Assembly: GCA_951406725.2 (NCBI GenBank)
Contig: OX597834.1
Span: 2,232,001 to 2,296,000, forward strand
DNA: 64,000 nucleotides
Direction: 5' to 3'
From: Octopus vulgaris
Lineage: Eukaryota
Under the pieces are notes generated by a model that saw only the letters and a list, made by a program, of their open reading frames with translations, was not told the DNA's origin and searched no databases. Made by a program: the position numbers and the translations under genes. This document shows positions 23,341-35,690 of the stretch, in pieces (the stretch's first letter is position 1; each line of letters opens with the position of its first letter).

Positions 23341-26300
23341 TCCTTCTACAATATTAAGTATGGCAACTGGTTTTTATAGAATGCTTTTAAATGTTTTCAT
23401 TTGAATATTTGATTTGAGTTCATAATACATACACATATACATATATACACACATACATACACATGCATAGATACGTTCATACATACACGCAAACACACAT
23501 ACATACATATGTATTTATATTCTTAAATGTGTGTGTGTGTGTGTGTTTTCTTACCTGTTTAGAAAGACACAATGAGATGAGACCCCTTCAACCAGATCTA
23601 TCAAGCTCCCTTCACTCACCCAGTTTTTGTAAAATGCATGATGGATGTACCCACTCCACCCTTATCTTCCTCTTTTGCTTAAAGAAGCTGATGGGTATTT
23701 GGCTTGAAACAAAAAGTCCTACCCTCGAAATCCCCCCCCTCTTTGGACTGACCTGGTCATAAACTTTGGATTGATCCAAATAATTCATTGTATCCAACTG
23801 ATCTGTTTCATGGGCAACTGGGGGAGGCAAAGGTTGTGTGGGGCAGATCTTTCAGGGGTCACACCACAAAATTGTGCATCTCTGACCATATTGCTAACAG
23901 CAACCGCTAGTCTTTCCCCAAAACTCCAACTTTGGATCATGGATCTGAAAGTGTCCATCACAACAGCTTGATTGAGATCCTTCCTTAATGGTGTCACCAC
24001 CCTATGGCACACACAGCTTGAAATACTCTCAGCCTGTATCTATAACAAGTATTTGGACAGCAGTATCCAGCTTCCAGCAACTGGGTCCCTCTTTATTGGT
24101 TTTGTCCAAGCTGGCTCAACAGATCTCAGATTTGTGGTCCTAATGGCCAACTACCTGAAACTGTGGACAACGTAAGCTAATCTTGTCTCCTCACCTGACA
24201 AAAACTCTAAGTATGACTTGGATGATCTTCTACAGTTTGTCCAAATTTACTTTGGCACATCTTAAAAATCAAGTCTTTAGAAAGATTTTACCTTTATGCA
24301 ATTATCTCTTCCTACACAATACCTGCATGCATCCAAGATGCCATTCCACCCACCCACCAGAATCAGTGAGTCAGCTGTTCCTATAAATATCTCTGCTTGT
24401 CCAAAGAGGTCCGATCATTCAACCCTTGATGGGTTGTAAACCCTTGTCTGAAGGCCACTGTTGCCATTATTGTTGGTCAAGTATTGGACCATTGACTTAT
24501 CATCCTGGTCTAACAATAGTGTGTTGATGTTGTTGTTATTTCTGTTTTCCTTTTTGTTGTAAACCTTTTTGCATTCACTGTTGTTGTTTTTGCTGTTGAC
24601 CACCTTTTGCTTACCTTGTGTATTTTGATGGTTTCATTTCTGTCAAAACTTTGGGGTTTAGGAATCAGAAAACCACCAGTTCTTCCTCTTTCCCAACCAA
24701 TTCCTCTTTGCCATTTCCAGACTCTTCTCTATTGTCCTTGACATCTTCTTTCCAGAGTTTGGAAGGTTTTTGAGGTTATGTCTGGGGGTCCCTTGGCGTT
24801 TCTTTCAGCTTTTACTATCAGTAGGAAGATTTCAAAAACCCCTTTGTATGTCTGTTAAGAATTTATTGATGTGACTGTTGTTGTTGCTATGGCTGCAATA
24901 GTCAGAGTGGTAGCAACAGTGCAGCGGGGTGGATGGGTGGGGGTTCATCTCTCATCCTCTCCATCATGGGGCAGAAAGCCCTGAGGTTTTTTTCTCTTAT
25001 CTCAAATACAATATTTATGTTTCTACACTTGATGACCTCCACTCTTCGTTTAGTCACACTCTTTGAAATAGAAATAATTAGGTTTTGGTCACCAGTTGAC
25101 CCCAGATAAAATAGGGTCATTCCACATTCCTGGGATGTGATTCTTGATTGGGTTTGCAGTTCTCTATTGTATACGGCTGCCATCGTCCCCTACTTGTGTT
25201 CCATTTTGTTACAATGCCAGTAGTGGCCCACACCACTTCCAGGCAGAGCGAAATGTCAGCCACATCAACCTATATGTGGTCCCTACATTAAAGTGGGATA
25301 CATGTTAGAACAGAAAAGAATTTACATGTTTAATAGAAGGTTCATAAATGAACTGTGTGACACCTTGGGAAAATATCTTTTATTATAACTGGGTCGACCC
25401 CCATCAGACCATACATGTTGTGAAGCTGTGGACATAATCCAGTGCCCACTTTAACACCACCATCCACTCATCTTTAACTGACAAAAGTAGGGGTCACCTT
25501 GCTGCAAAGCGTCAGACCGGGCCTCTGGCCACAGAGTTGATGTGATTCTTCTTGCTTCAGCAGCCAATGAGTTAAGGTGTCATTTCCTCTGTTCTCTCTC
25601 CAACCAATGCTGGAAGCCCTACAAAGGTCACAGGTCACATGGCTGTTCCTGCCCAATGGTATTACATGGGTTGAGCCAGTGTTTGCTGTATTTAGATTTT
25701 AGGTAATATTTGTTGTGGCGAGAGTCATCGACACCCCTGGGGGATTGGAAGAATGGACTAGCCGAACTCTTCTAAAGAGTAGTGGTTGGCAGTAGTCAGC
25801 GAGAGCATTTTGGTAGCCTCGCAAAGTATGTCATGTGAACACATTGATTAAACCTCTGCTACATAATTTATCCATGCCAACCTGTGGCAGGATATGAAAA
25901 TATTTAAGGAAGAGTGCAACAAAAACCTCCCTTGCCCCACAGCTTCTGCCCTTCCTCCTCTGAAATAAAACATCTTTAAAATCGTGCAGTGATGAGGGAA
26001 GTAAAAAAAGACAACAAGAATGATTGATTGATATTTTATTTTTCTCTGTCAGCCAAAACAGTGTTTCTCATAGACATGGGCCCCAATGAAGATTGAAAAA
26101 GAATCGGATGAACAAACAGCCATGTTCTTATAAAATTAACAGAGTTTTAAGTTTTTAAACTTGTCCAAACCTGTGATGAACAATGTAAGATTATACAGAG
26201 ATAAACATTATTTTGGCTTTGTATTATGTAAAGGAAAGAGGGTGGAGTGGGGTAGGGAAAGATCTTGTGGTGGTGGTGATCAGTCTCATATCTGTCAGTC

Positions 26301-26465
26301 TAAGAACCATTGAATCAATGTGCAATAGGGTACACAGTGTTTCTCTCATTACTAAATTTGGTGGAATTTAGGTTTCACAGAAGAAATCTAATAAGGCTGA
26401 AATAAGCCCAGAGTTGTCTTCCATAATTACTGTAAGACTCACAGTAGTCATCGAAATATATATAT

Positions 26466-26522
<57 letters not shown>

Positions 26523-26554
26523 AAGAGAGAGATTGTATGACTAAAATTGTTTCT

Positions 26555-26706
26555 TTAGAATGTTTTAAAGACATTGTCTTGCAGTTCTTCCTGAATGTTT
26601 CCAGCTGGGAAATAAAAGACCACCACAGCCACTGCCCCAACACTATTTCCAGCTTTACCAATTCCAATATATTGACTGTTTTTCCAAACCAATTGTGTGA
26701 AGTGAC
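26555..26706 (-). CDS. CAP protein domain 2 terminal exon
   Basis: GHFTQLVWKNSQYIGIGKA...VVVFYFPAGNIQEELQDNVFKTF*; TGCAG acceptor; TAA at 26557-26555; AATAAA on minus at 26035-26040. Confidence 0.92.
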
Positions 26707-27231
26707 CTGCAGCACAAAAATCAAAATAAATCAATCAAAATAAATCTATAAATAAATTCCATGGACAGTCTTCAAAGGTTTCATTGCTTGAACACAGGCT
26801 GGGTTTTCCTTTCAGACACAATCACAGTACCTGGCTCCTGTGTTTTGCAGGGGTCAAGGATGCTATTTTTAAAATCTAAAATAAACCTCAAAATTTTGCC
26901 ACTAATTCTAGAGGTCAAAGGTCACATTTGTCATAAGAGGAGGTTCATCTAAGCGAAACTAATTATGTCTCTGAATTGTAAAAGTAAAATCTAATATACT
27001 GACTATTTCTGTATATTTAATGGCTATTTCTCAACCAAGTGGTCATTTCTGGAGTCACAGCATCAATGAAAGATAAACCATCTACAGAAGCTTCCAGATA
27101 CATCTATTCTTGCTCATCACTGATTCATTCATCACTGATCCAGGACAACATGGCACACCTAACTGGGAACCCTTTTACCCTCACCTGTGATCACATGACT
27201 TGGCAATCATATTCCTCACTATTATTCTTTG

Positions 27232-27577
27232 ATTCTTTTACTTGTTTCAGCCATGCTGGAGCAACACCTTCAAGGGTTTTAGTTGAAGAAATTAACCCCA
27301 AGACTTATTCTTTATTAGCCTGGTACCTATTCTATTGGTCTCTTTTGCTGAACTGCTAAGTTATGGGGACATAAACACACCAACAATGACAGGAGGCAAA
27401 TACAAGACACACACATACACCCCCACACACGCGCGCGCAATGAGCTTCTTTCAGTTTCCATCTACCAAATCCACTCAGAAGGCTTTGGTTGGCCTGAGGC
27501 TATAATAGAAGACACTTGCCCTAGGACTGAACCTGGATCCATGTGTTTGGGAAGCAAGCTCCTTACCCAACAGCTGT
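27232..27577 (-). mobile_element. tRNA-derived SINE family B (decayed)
   Basis: GAGTGGATTTGGTAGATGGAAACTGAAAGAAGC core and tail as in 28901-29307. Confidence 0.75.
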
Positions 27578-28510
27578 GAATGTTTTTTTTTTACTACTTC
27601 CTCTCATAAGTCATTAAACTTTACTCTGTTATTCCAACCATGGAACAAAGTTATTGTGTGTTTAAAACCCGTTTGTGGGTGTTATTTGGGTGAGTTAAAG
27701 GGACAATTTGGCAGCTCAGAACGAAACCTTATTTTTTCCCTATATTCTCTCATTAATTTATCATTGATTCAGTTGTTAACATGGTAGTTTGTCTTTTTTT
27801 TGCTGTTTTTTTTTAAAACCAAATCCCTGATTTGGAGAGACGAATATGAAATGCTAACCACCATTACCATCATCAAATAGCCATTTTCTACACTTCTCTG
27901 GGTCGGACAGTTCAGTAGGATGGAGAGCCACAGAGTTACTTTGAGCTTCAGTTTGTGTTTTGACATGGTTTCTGTGGCTGGATGCCCTTCCTAATGCCAA
28001 CCATTTCACAGAGTGGCACTGGATGCCTTTTGCACACCACCAACACAAGGTCACCGAGTAACTTGCAAGACAAAGTATAGAACAAGAAGAAGGAACAAAA
28101 GGCTTCTCGACTAAACAGGGGGTTAGTATTTGAGAGTGGGGGGGGGGCATGGTTCTATGCCACGTGCTGAAAGGCTGATGTATGATAGAGGGACAAGTAT
28201 AGGTTCAGAGATAAAATTCTACCTGACATTAGACAACTTGATTGACAAGCAACAGAAGACTGAGTTATGTCCCTTCTCTAAGAAGGCACCAACAAAACTT
28301 GGGCTTGTATAGAGTCAGTCGGTCTGCTAGAAATAATAGCTAAATGAAATCTCCCTGAAGCAACACCCAACTGTGCAACAAGGTGCACTCCACAAATAGA
28401 GGTGTCCAACGATTAGATGGAATATAGAAGCTTGTTGTATGACAACACATTAACACACACACACACACACACACAAGTAAGTTATATAAAAATGAAGAAC
28501 AGATCCATAC

Positions 28511-28588
28511 CTGTATCCATTCGGTGTTTGTAATGAGAGAAATCAAAGTTTTTAACTTGGCTGTACCAAAGATCTGTCACTTCAGAAC
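28511..28588 (-). CDS. CAP protein domain 2 exon B
   Basis: GSEVTDLWYSQVKNFDFSHYKHRMDT; TTTGCAG acceptor and GTATGG donor; 78 nt, same size and phase as domain 1 exon B. Confidence 0.9.
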
Positions 28589-28900
28589 CTGCAAACACAC
28601 AAACACATAATTTATGTTGAACCGTTAGTCCCTCATTCTTTTCTCTCTCACCCCCCCCCCCCCATTCCTTTCTGTCAAAGAGCATAGGCTTGAAACATCA
28701 AAGACTTTTCCGTTCTTCCAGAGTGTCAAACTAATACACCTGCTTGTTGCTTCTTCACCTGTCTTCATCTTTTGTTTTTCCTAAATTCACTGGGGGTCAA
28801 TGGGATCGACTCAGCCCCTCCCACAAAATTGCTGCCCTCCTGGCAAAATTTGAAACCATTATTATGATTATTACTAAATATATATATATATATATATATA

Positions 28901-29307
28901 CTCTCTCTTTACTCTTTTACTTGTTTCAGTCATTTGACTGCGGCCATGCTGGAGCACGGCCTTTAGTCAAGCAAATCGACCCCGGGACTTATTTTTTGTA
29001 AGCCCAGTACTTATTCTATCGGTCTCTTTTTGCCGAACCGCTAAGTGACGGGGACGTAAACACACCTGCATCGGTTATCTAGGAGGACAATACAGACACA
29101 CAAACACACACACACATATATATATATATATACATACATATATACGACAGGCTTCTTTCAGTTTCCGTCTACCAAATCCACTCACAAGGCATTGGTCAGC
29201 CCAGGGCTATAGCAGAAGACACTTGCCCAAGATGCCACGCAGTGGGACTGAACCCGGAACCATGTGGTTGGTTAGCAAGCTACTTACCACACAGCCACTC
29301 CTGCGCC
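28901..29307 (-). mobile_element. tRNA-derived SINE family B, full length
   Basis: Head GGCGCAGGAGTGGCTGTGTGGTAAG, B-box GGTTCAGTCCC, TTGGGCAAGTGTCTTC core, tail CAGCATGGCCGCAGTCAAATGACTGAAAC. Confidence 0.88.
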
Positions 29308-29430
29308 TATATATATATACACACACACATATACATACATCATCACCGTCTTTATTGGTGTTTTGACAATCCACTTTTGCAGGTTTCCATGGGTTAAACA
29401 ACAGGAAAGAGAGAAACAAAAAAAACACAC

Positions 29431-29920
29431 CTGAGAAGCCAGTTCCTTGCTTTGTCCATCTAAATACAATATTTTGACCAATTTGTTGGCCTTTGTACAA
29501 CTGGCTGCTGTAAGATATGTAAGACTCTTTGGCAATAGATTCGGCCCACTTTTGTGCCAGTTTACTCAACTGTTCTGAGAGTTGCAGAGGGGGACTGTGG
29601 TGCTGGTGCCGGTATTTGTTGTGAGTTTCCAGACAGTCTTTGGAAAACATGGCCAGCGTTTGTGTGACAGACTGGAATATCTTTGGTGATTGATGCTTGA
29701 GGTTGCGTGAGGAGGTCTCAGTCATGGAATTTGTGGAATTAGATGGAAGACTCTTTGGTGATTGATGTGTGTGGTTGATGGGGAGGGTTCTGGCAGAGGT
29801 ATTTATCACAGAACAACTGGATTCTGGAGAGTTTGACTGAAGATTTTCTGGTGACTCATGACTTTGGTTGAGTGAGGTTCTGGCAGGGATCTCTATCACA
29901 GAACTGCTGGAATCTTTTGT
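29431..29920 (-). CDS. CAP protein Ser/Thr-rich linker plus domain 2 exon A
   Basis: TTACTTCAG acceptor and GTGTGT donor. ...FSKDCLETHNKYRHQHHSPPLQLSEQLSKLAQKWAE...IGQNIV; 490 nt, phase 0->1. Confidence 0.88.
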
Positions 29921-30207
29921 CTGAAGTAAAATAGAATAGAAAATAACAATAATAATAATAACAATAATAATAATAATATTTTAAAATATAAAAATCAAGT
30001 AGATTGAGATGATTGAATTTATGGTACACAGAATAAGAATTGGAGCATATAGAAATTCTGGAAGTCACCAAAGCAGCCAGGTGTCTAAGGAAAATCGTAA
30101 TGTATCACTTCTTATTTTGAACTTGACAAAGACAGACGTACTGTTGAAATATCGTTCAACTAATAAAATATCTTACAATCGAATCGAATCATGCTCTTCT
30201 TCTTGAC

Positions 30208-30248
<41 letters not shown>

Positions 30249-30249
30249 G

Positions 30250-30615
30250 TAATTAAAGAAAAAATGAGCACAAAAAAAGATATGGTAAGAGAAAAAATGT
30301 ACAGTGAGTTTACAAGAGATGCAAACACCAAGGCAGATGCAGAGGAGTGGTGGCTATGGATAAGGAGGAGAGAGCTGGAGATAGAGAGAGAAGCAGTCAT
30401 GTGCAGAGCTGAGGAACAAGCGTCAAAGACCAATTATATGAAGTGCAGAATAGACAAATGCAGAATGTGTGGTGAGAGGGGTGAAATGGTATGGCACATG
30501 ATTAGCGAATGCCTGATCCAGTGGGATCACCTGACCAGACATCGGAAACTGGACATTGTTGTGGTGAAGAAACAAACAGAAAGAATGTGCATGACAATTG
30601 ACATAGCAGAAACTC
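30250..30615 (+). mobile_element. R4/Dong-like (restriction-like endonuclease) LINE fragment
   Basis: CRMCGERGEMVWHMISEC (CCHC) and RHRKLDIVVVKK...CMTIDIA (PD..D-type RLE motif); directly preceded by (TAA)n. Confidence 0.75.
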
Positions 30616-30706
30616 AGAACTTAGCAACAGGTGAGATACAGGTAAGCATCTTGTCCAGCGAGTCAAGAAATTCTGCCAGTTCCCCCACCTATCTTATCAT
30701 TATTAT

Positions 30707-30753
<47 letters not shown>

Positions 30754-30785
30754 TAATAATAATAATAATAATAACAATAACAATA

Positions 30786-30824
<39 letters not shown>

Positions 30825-31194
30825 ATCTGAAATAAATCTGGTATTTTGGTTGAGAGAAGATAAACCTGTAAACAATCTCTTTATCTCTCTGTTTATCTCT
30901 CTGCCTCTTTGTTTAGTTACTAATCTATTTATCTATCTACTTAAGTGTTTATCTAACTGCTTATCTATTCATCTGTTTATTTCCTTGTCTGTCTATTCAC
31001 CTGTGCATATGTCTGTCTGTCTGTCTCTCCCTCTCTCCCTCTAGTTCACAATAAGATAAGACAACAATTCGGTGTCATGTGTCAGTAGCGTATTGCAGGT
31101 GTGTAGACAAGCAGGTACCATATCCAATTTAAACCAAAGATCTGACTCAGGATTGGTTCTTGGAGAGGCAGAGATACGAAAAGAAGAGCACAAA

Positions 31195-31276
31195 TTTACA
31201 ACAGCTGTTTTGGGTGTATTTTATTGAGGCATTCATAGATTACATCATGGCATAAAATCCACCATCTTCAGGTAAA
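31195..31276 (-). ncRNA. Decayed minimal hammerhead motif
   Basis: TTTAC-CTGAAGA-stem II (ATTTTAT/ATAAAAT)-[G>A]AAAC-AGCT-GTT-GTAAA; stem I is TTTAC/GTAAA. Confidence 0.5.
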
Positions 31277-31658
31277 ATTTTAAACAGGTATCAAACAGGT
31301 AAGATTATACCTTGATGATGACATATTCAACAAACAACATGTTGAACAGGTGATATTTTAAAAACAGACATTTGAATTTATAGAAAAATCAGAAGTGGAA
31401 AACGAGCGAAAAGGTCAGACAGTCTTTTGTTTTGAACGGTTATCTTAATTTATGGCCACAACTTGCTGTGAAGGAATTCGAAAAACAGACAGGTTGTAGC
31501 CAAGGTCTATCGTTGGGGGTCATGAAAACGAAGAAGATGTGAAGAGGAAGAAAACAGACTTTGAGGCAAGAAAAAGGCATAAAACTGTCAGTTTTATGTC
31601 TTTCTGCTGACAGTTTGGCTCTTCTATAGAATTTGTCATTAATGAGAGAGTTTCTTAC

Positions 31659-31735
31659 CCGAGGAATTGATCTCTGACATTGTTTACTGTGTCGGATTAT
31701 GGCAGGTTTGGTCTGGTTTATCACAGGAATCCCAT
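31659..31735 (-). CDS. CAP protein linker exon
   Basis: Strong polypyrimidine acceptor (TTCTTTCTTCCAG) and GTAAGA donor. DGIPVINQTKPAIIRHSKQCQRSIPR; phase 1->0 bridges the flanking exons exactly. Confidence 0.7.
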
Positions 31736-32077
31736 CTGGAAGAAAGAATGGACAGATAGAGCCAGGATAGTTTATATGTAATATATACAGTAGATGTGTG
31801 ACAGTGGGAGCATATGTGTGTGTGTGTGTGGGTGCTGTGTGTGTATGCCAGTATGGAAAAAAGGGATGTTAAATGATGATGATGATAATGAGAGGGACAA
31901 CAGTGACTGCCTAGCTATCTATTTGTTAGATAAAGGCTAAACAGGCCAACACTTCGAAGTCACTGTCACCACTCTTCTTGTAAATGTATAATAGATCTGT
32001 ACAAAAGAAGTATTGAATAATTCTTCAGTCTGATGTGAAATTGTTTTTATTATAACTCAACATAAAAACAAACATTA

Positions 32078-32119
<42 letters not shown>

Positions 32120-32471
32120 ATGTGTGTGTGTGTATTACTGTTGACCAGGTTATCAGATGTTGTTATACATCGCTGGTCACAATGCACTTTGCACTGTTTT
32201 ACCTTTTGGATGACCCTCCCACCCCACCCTGATGGCAGGCAAACAGGCCAACATTGCCCCTGATCAGAAGTCAACTTTGTCACAGGGTGACCTATTCACA
32301 GCTGAGTGGACTGGAGCAAAGTGAAATGGAAATATTTCACCCAAGAACACGAAGTGCTGTCCAGGAATTGAACCGATGATCTAAGGATTGTGGGTCCAGT
32401 ATCCTAATCCCTAGGCCATGTCCCTTCACACATACACACATTGAAGTACAAGGTGTTGTGTGTATGAAGTA

Positions 32472-32860
32472 CAGTGATCCCTCACTGAACGAGTTTAATT
32501 CTTTCCATGACCAAAGCTCATCTTAGGATTTACTCATTTTACAAATCAATTTTCCCCTCCATTGAAATTAACTAAAATATAATTAATCCATTCCAGTCTC
32601 CAAAAACCACTCAAAAATAACTTTTTATGGGTTTTAAAACAGAAAAGGTGTAGTGACAAGTAAAACGACAATTATAAAAAAGAGAATGAAAAAGAAATAG
32701 GAAAACTGGTTTTATTAACTGAATTACTTTAAAGATGGGATGATTTGTTGGCTCAAACTGCGGATTTCCGTTCGTACCTCAAGACAAAAGTTCACACAAG
32801 TCTCGACTCGTACAGCAAATTACGCGTACAATGGGTCACTCGTAATGCAAGGTTCTACTG
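32472..32860. mobile_element. Tigger/pogo-like MITE
   Basis: TA-CAGTGATCCCTC ... GGTTCTACTG-TA termini. Confidence 0.65.
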
Positions 32861-33169
32861 TACATTATATACAGAGAGGGATATAATGATGTGTATATGG
32901 CTTAGGATATATATATATATATATGAATGGGGAGGTACAATGAAGAGGGTGCATAGAGTATAATATATATAGAGAGGTACAACAGGGTGTATACAAATGA
33001 CACCATCATCGTCATTATTATCATTTTAACACCCTTGGATGAGATGGAACACATTGGGGCAGATTTCCTGTGCATTCCACACCCCACCATGCTATATCAA
33101 ACCACCACCACCACCACCACTTCTCTCCTCAACCAAACAACAACAACAACAAACCACCCACAAACTCAC

Positions 33170-33325
33170 CAGGGTAAAACGGAGGTAAGACATTGGTGTT
33201 GTAATGACCAGAGATGTTTCCTGCTGGGTAGTAATGGGCAACTATGATGGAATGACCGTCAGTAGTGGACGCTTGACCAATACCCATTTGTCTACTTGAC
33301 CTCCACACAATTTGGCTGAAATGAC
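33170..33325 (-). CDS. CAP protein domain 1 exon C
   Basis: GHFSQIVWRSSRQMGIG...IVAHYYPAGNISGHYNTNVLPP (CAP1/CAP2 signatures). TTTCAG acceptor and GTGAGT donor; 156 nt, phase 1->1. Confidence 0.92.
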
Positions 33326-33529
33326 CTGAAATAGAGAAACAACAGAGTAGTGACTTTGGGAGGTCATTGAAGGTAAAAGTTCATTGTGAGGGTCAGTTGT
33401 TGTGGCTAAAGTGTATTGGGTGGAGGTAGGGGTGGGTCATTGTGGCCAAAGAGTGTTGGGAGTGGGACATAAGAGTGAAAATGTGTTGGATGACAGGTGT
33501 AATATTTGGCTGCATGAGAGACCCACTGG

Positions 33530-33720
33530 GTCATCAGGTCATTTGGTCAGATAGGCCATCCAGTTAGTCCGGCCATTTGGTCAGATAGGCCATTCAGTCA
33601 GTTCAGCATTTTGATCAGTCAGGCCTTCAAGTCAGTCAGGTCATTTAGTCAGACAGATTCAGTTAGTTAAGGTCATTTGGCCAAGTCACTTGGTCAGTCA
33701 GGCCATTCGATCAGTAAGAT
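33530..33720. repeat. Degenerate ~33-bp minisatellite
   Basis: Repeated CATTTGGTCAGATAGGCCATTCAGTCAGT units. Confidence 0.7.
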
Positions 33721-34128
33721 CAAAAAATCATTGGCTCGCTAGTATACTGGACAACTGAAAAGAAAACCAGGACTGAAAGAAACTAGTAATGGTCAGTGTT
33801 GGTAGAGGTCAGTAAATAAAAGGTTTGTTTGGTTGTGTGGTTATGAAGGTCTCTTTGTGACTCTGGAGTTTGGGGTTCAAACCTCGGGTGTGGTAAGCCA
33901 AGTGTCTCTTTTACTGTGGTCACAGGCTGATTAATATCTTATGAGTGGAAAATGGGAGATGGAAACTGTGGGAGGCGTGGGGAAGAAGGATTTGGAGAAA
34001 TCCCTTTCATTTTGGGACCATAAAACTGAAAGAATACTGTCTCAAGTTTATTTCAAGGTTCAAAAGTAGTTGTACGAATGTGCGTGTGTGTGTGTGTGTG
34101 TGTGCATGCATTTGTGTGCATACATATG

Positions 34129-34160
<32 letters not shown>

Positions 34161-34176
34161 TATTGGTTAATTGTCC

Positions 34177-34520
34177 ATAAATCAGGAAGAAGCATAATCT
34201 AAAGAAATTTTGAGCTGTTATACTTTTATGCAATCAACTAGTGTTTCTTTGGTCATGGCTGGTCAGAAAGTTATGAATGGTAACCTTTCTGACTGACCAC
34301 AAAGTTGATATTGCACTTGGCAATGTAGAGGACTCATCAGACCTCCCGATAAATCAGGAAGAAGCATAATCTAAAGAAATTTTGAGCTGTTATACTTTTA
34401 TGCAATCAACTAGTGTTTCTTTGGTCATGGCTGGTCAGAAAGTTATGAATGGTAACCTTTCTGACTGACCACAAAGTTGATATTGCACTTGGCAATGTAG
34501 AGGACTCATCAGACCTCCCG
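34177..34520. repeat. Perfect 172-bp direct tandem duplication
   Basis: ATAAATCAGGAAGAAGC...AGACCTCCCG at 34177-34348 and 34349-34520. Confidence 0.95.
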
Positions 34521-34527
34521 GTCAGCC

Positions 34528-34586
34528 GGTCTGACGAGTTCCCTATGTTGCAAAGTGCAATAAGAGGTGTGAAACCAATGGTAGCT
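34528..34586 (+). ncRNA. Decayed hammerhead motif
   Basis: GGT-CTGACGA-stem II (TTGCA/TGCAA)-GAAAC-CAATG-GTA-GCT; stem I is weak. Confidence 0.4.
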
Positions 34587-34718
34587 TTATAAATGGTCAC
34601 AACTGAGAATATACTACTTGACAACACAGTATGTATGTCTGTTAGTGTGTATGTGAGTGTGTGAGAGAGAGGGGGATGTTTACTAAAAGCGACAGAAGAG
34701 AAATATCACCCATCTTAC

Positions 34719-34796
34719 CACAAGTGCTTGTATCTCCTCCCTGTTCATAATTATATTGTTCCACTTCACTGTACCACTGGGCAGTCACCTCTTCCC
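34719..34796 (-). CDS. CAP protein domain 1 exon B
   Basis: GEEVTAQWYSEVEQYNYEQGGDTSTC; CAG acceptor and GTAAG donor; 78 nt, phase 1->1. Confidence 0.9.
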
Positions 34797-35364
34797 CTGG
34801 TTTACAACAAAAAACAAAAGTCAGGTCATATATTCTCACACTCTCTTCCTCTCTCCTCTCTCCCCTTCTCTCTCCTCCTTCCCCTCTTTCTGATGTTTAC
34901 AATTAACCTTAATTAGAGCAATATTTTTCAGTCATTATCATAACACACACACACACACAATTAGTTGTTGAGGCAACAAGTCAAAGTAGTTAAACACCCT
35001 CAAATTGCTGTTTGGAAACAGGAAGGTCATGTTGTGCAGTGAAGTCTTTGGCATGTCAAAAAGATGGGATGGTCACATTTGAAATAGCTTCGATCATAAA
35101 TCTCTCAAATCAAGTTTGACCTTGGCTTCAACAACATGGAGGGACACTAATACAACAAAAGACTGCAACCGGACCCTGTAACCGGACCCTGTAACCAAAC
35201 TGGCACAATACATCACTGGCAAGCGTTTGCACTCACCCGACAACCATGAAAAACACAATTCTGCACACACCTCAGCAACATGGAGGTGCAACAAGTGATG
35301 CAGTAGAAATCTGCCTGAAACTACCAAATGGTGAATTATAATAATAATAATAATAATATGACAA

Positions 35365-35681
35365 CAAGGTATGCGATAAGGAAGAAAAAAGTCGATAGAT
35401 ATGACAGGTTAGCTTGGGAGGTTAAGCAGTTGTGGTCGATGAAAAAGGTGGTAGTGGTACCAATAATTGTTGGAACCCTGGGAACAGTGAGTAAAAATCT
35501 TGAGAAGTACATGGAACAAATAGGGGCTGCAATAAGGGTGGAGCACTTGCAGAAAACAGCACTGCTTGGAACCGATCGAATACTCCGGAAAGTGCTCGGA
35601 AAATAAGGGCTGTTACTTTAGTTCATTGGTAGTGAATAGCTGGCACCATAGTACATCTCCAGCGTTAGAAGCTGTACTAAG

Positions 35682-35690
<9 letters not shown>
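35365..35690 (+). mobile_element. R4/Dong-like LINE 3' end embedded in (TAA)n
   Basis: KVDRYDRLAWEVKQLW...VVPIIVGTLG...LQKTALLGTDRILRKVL*, with (TAA)n on both sides. Confidence 0.85.

Noticed and set aside
31440-31658. Extension of ORF 31440-31724 beyond the linker exon
   Set aside because: A strong GTAAGA donor at 31658 and the phase match to the next exon explain it; the remainder has no recognisable motif.
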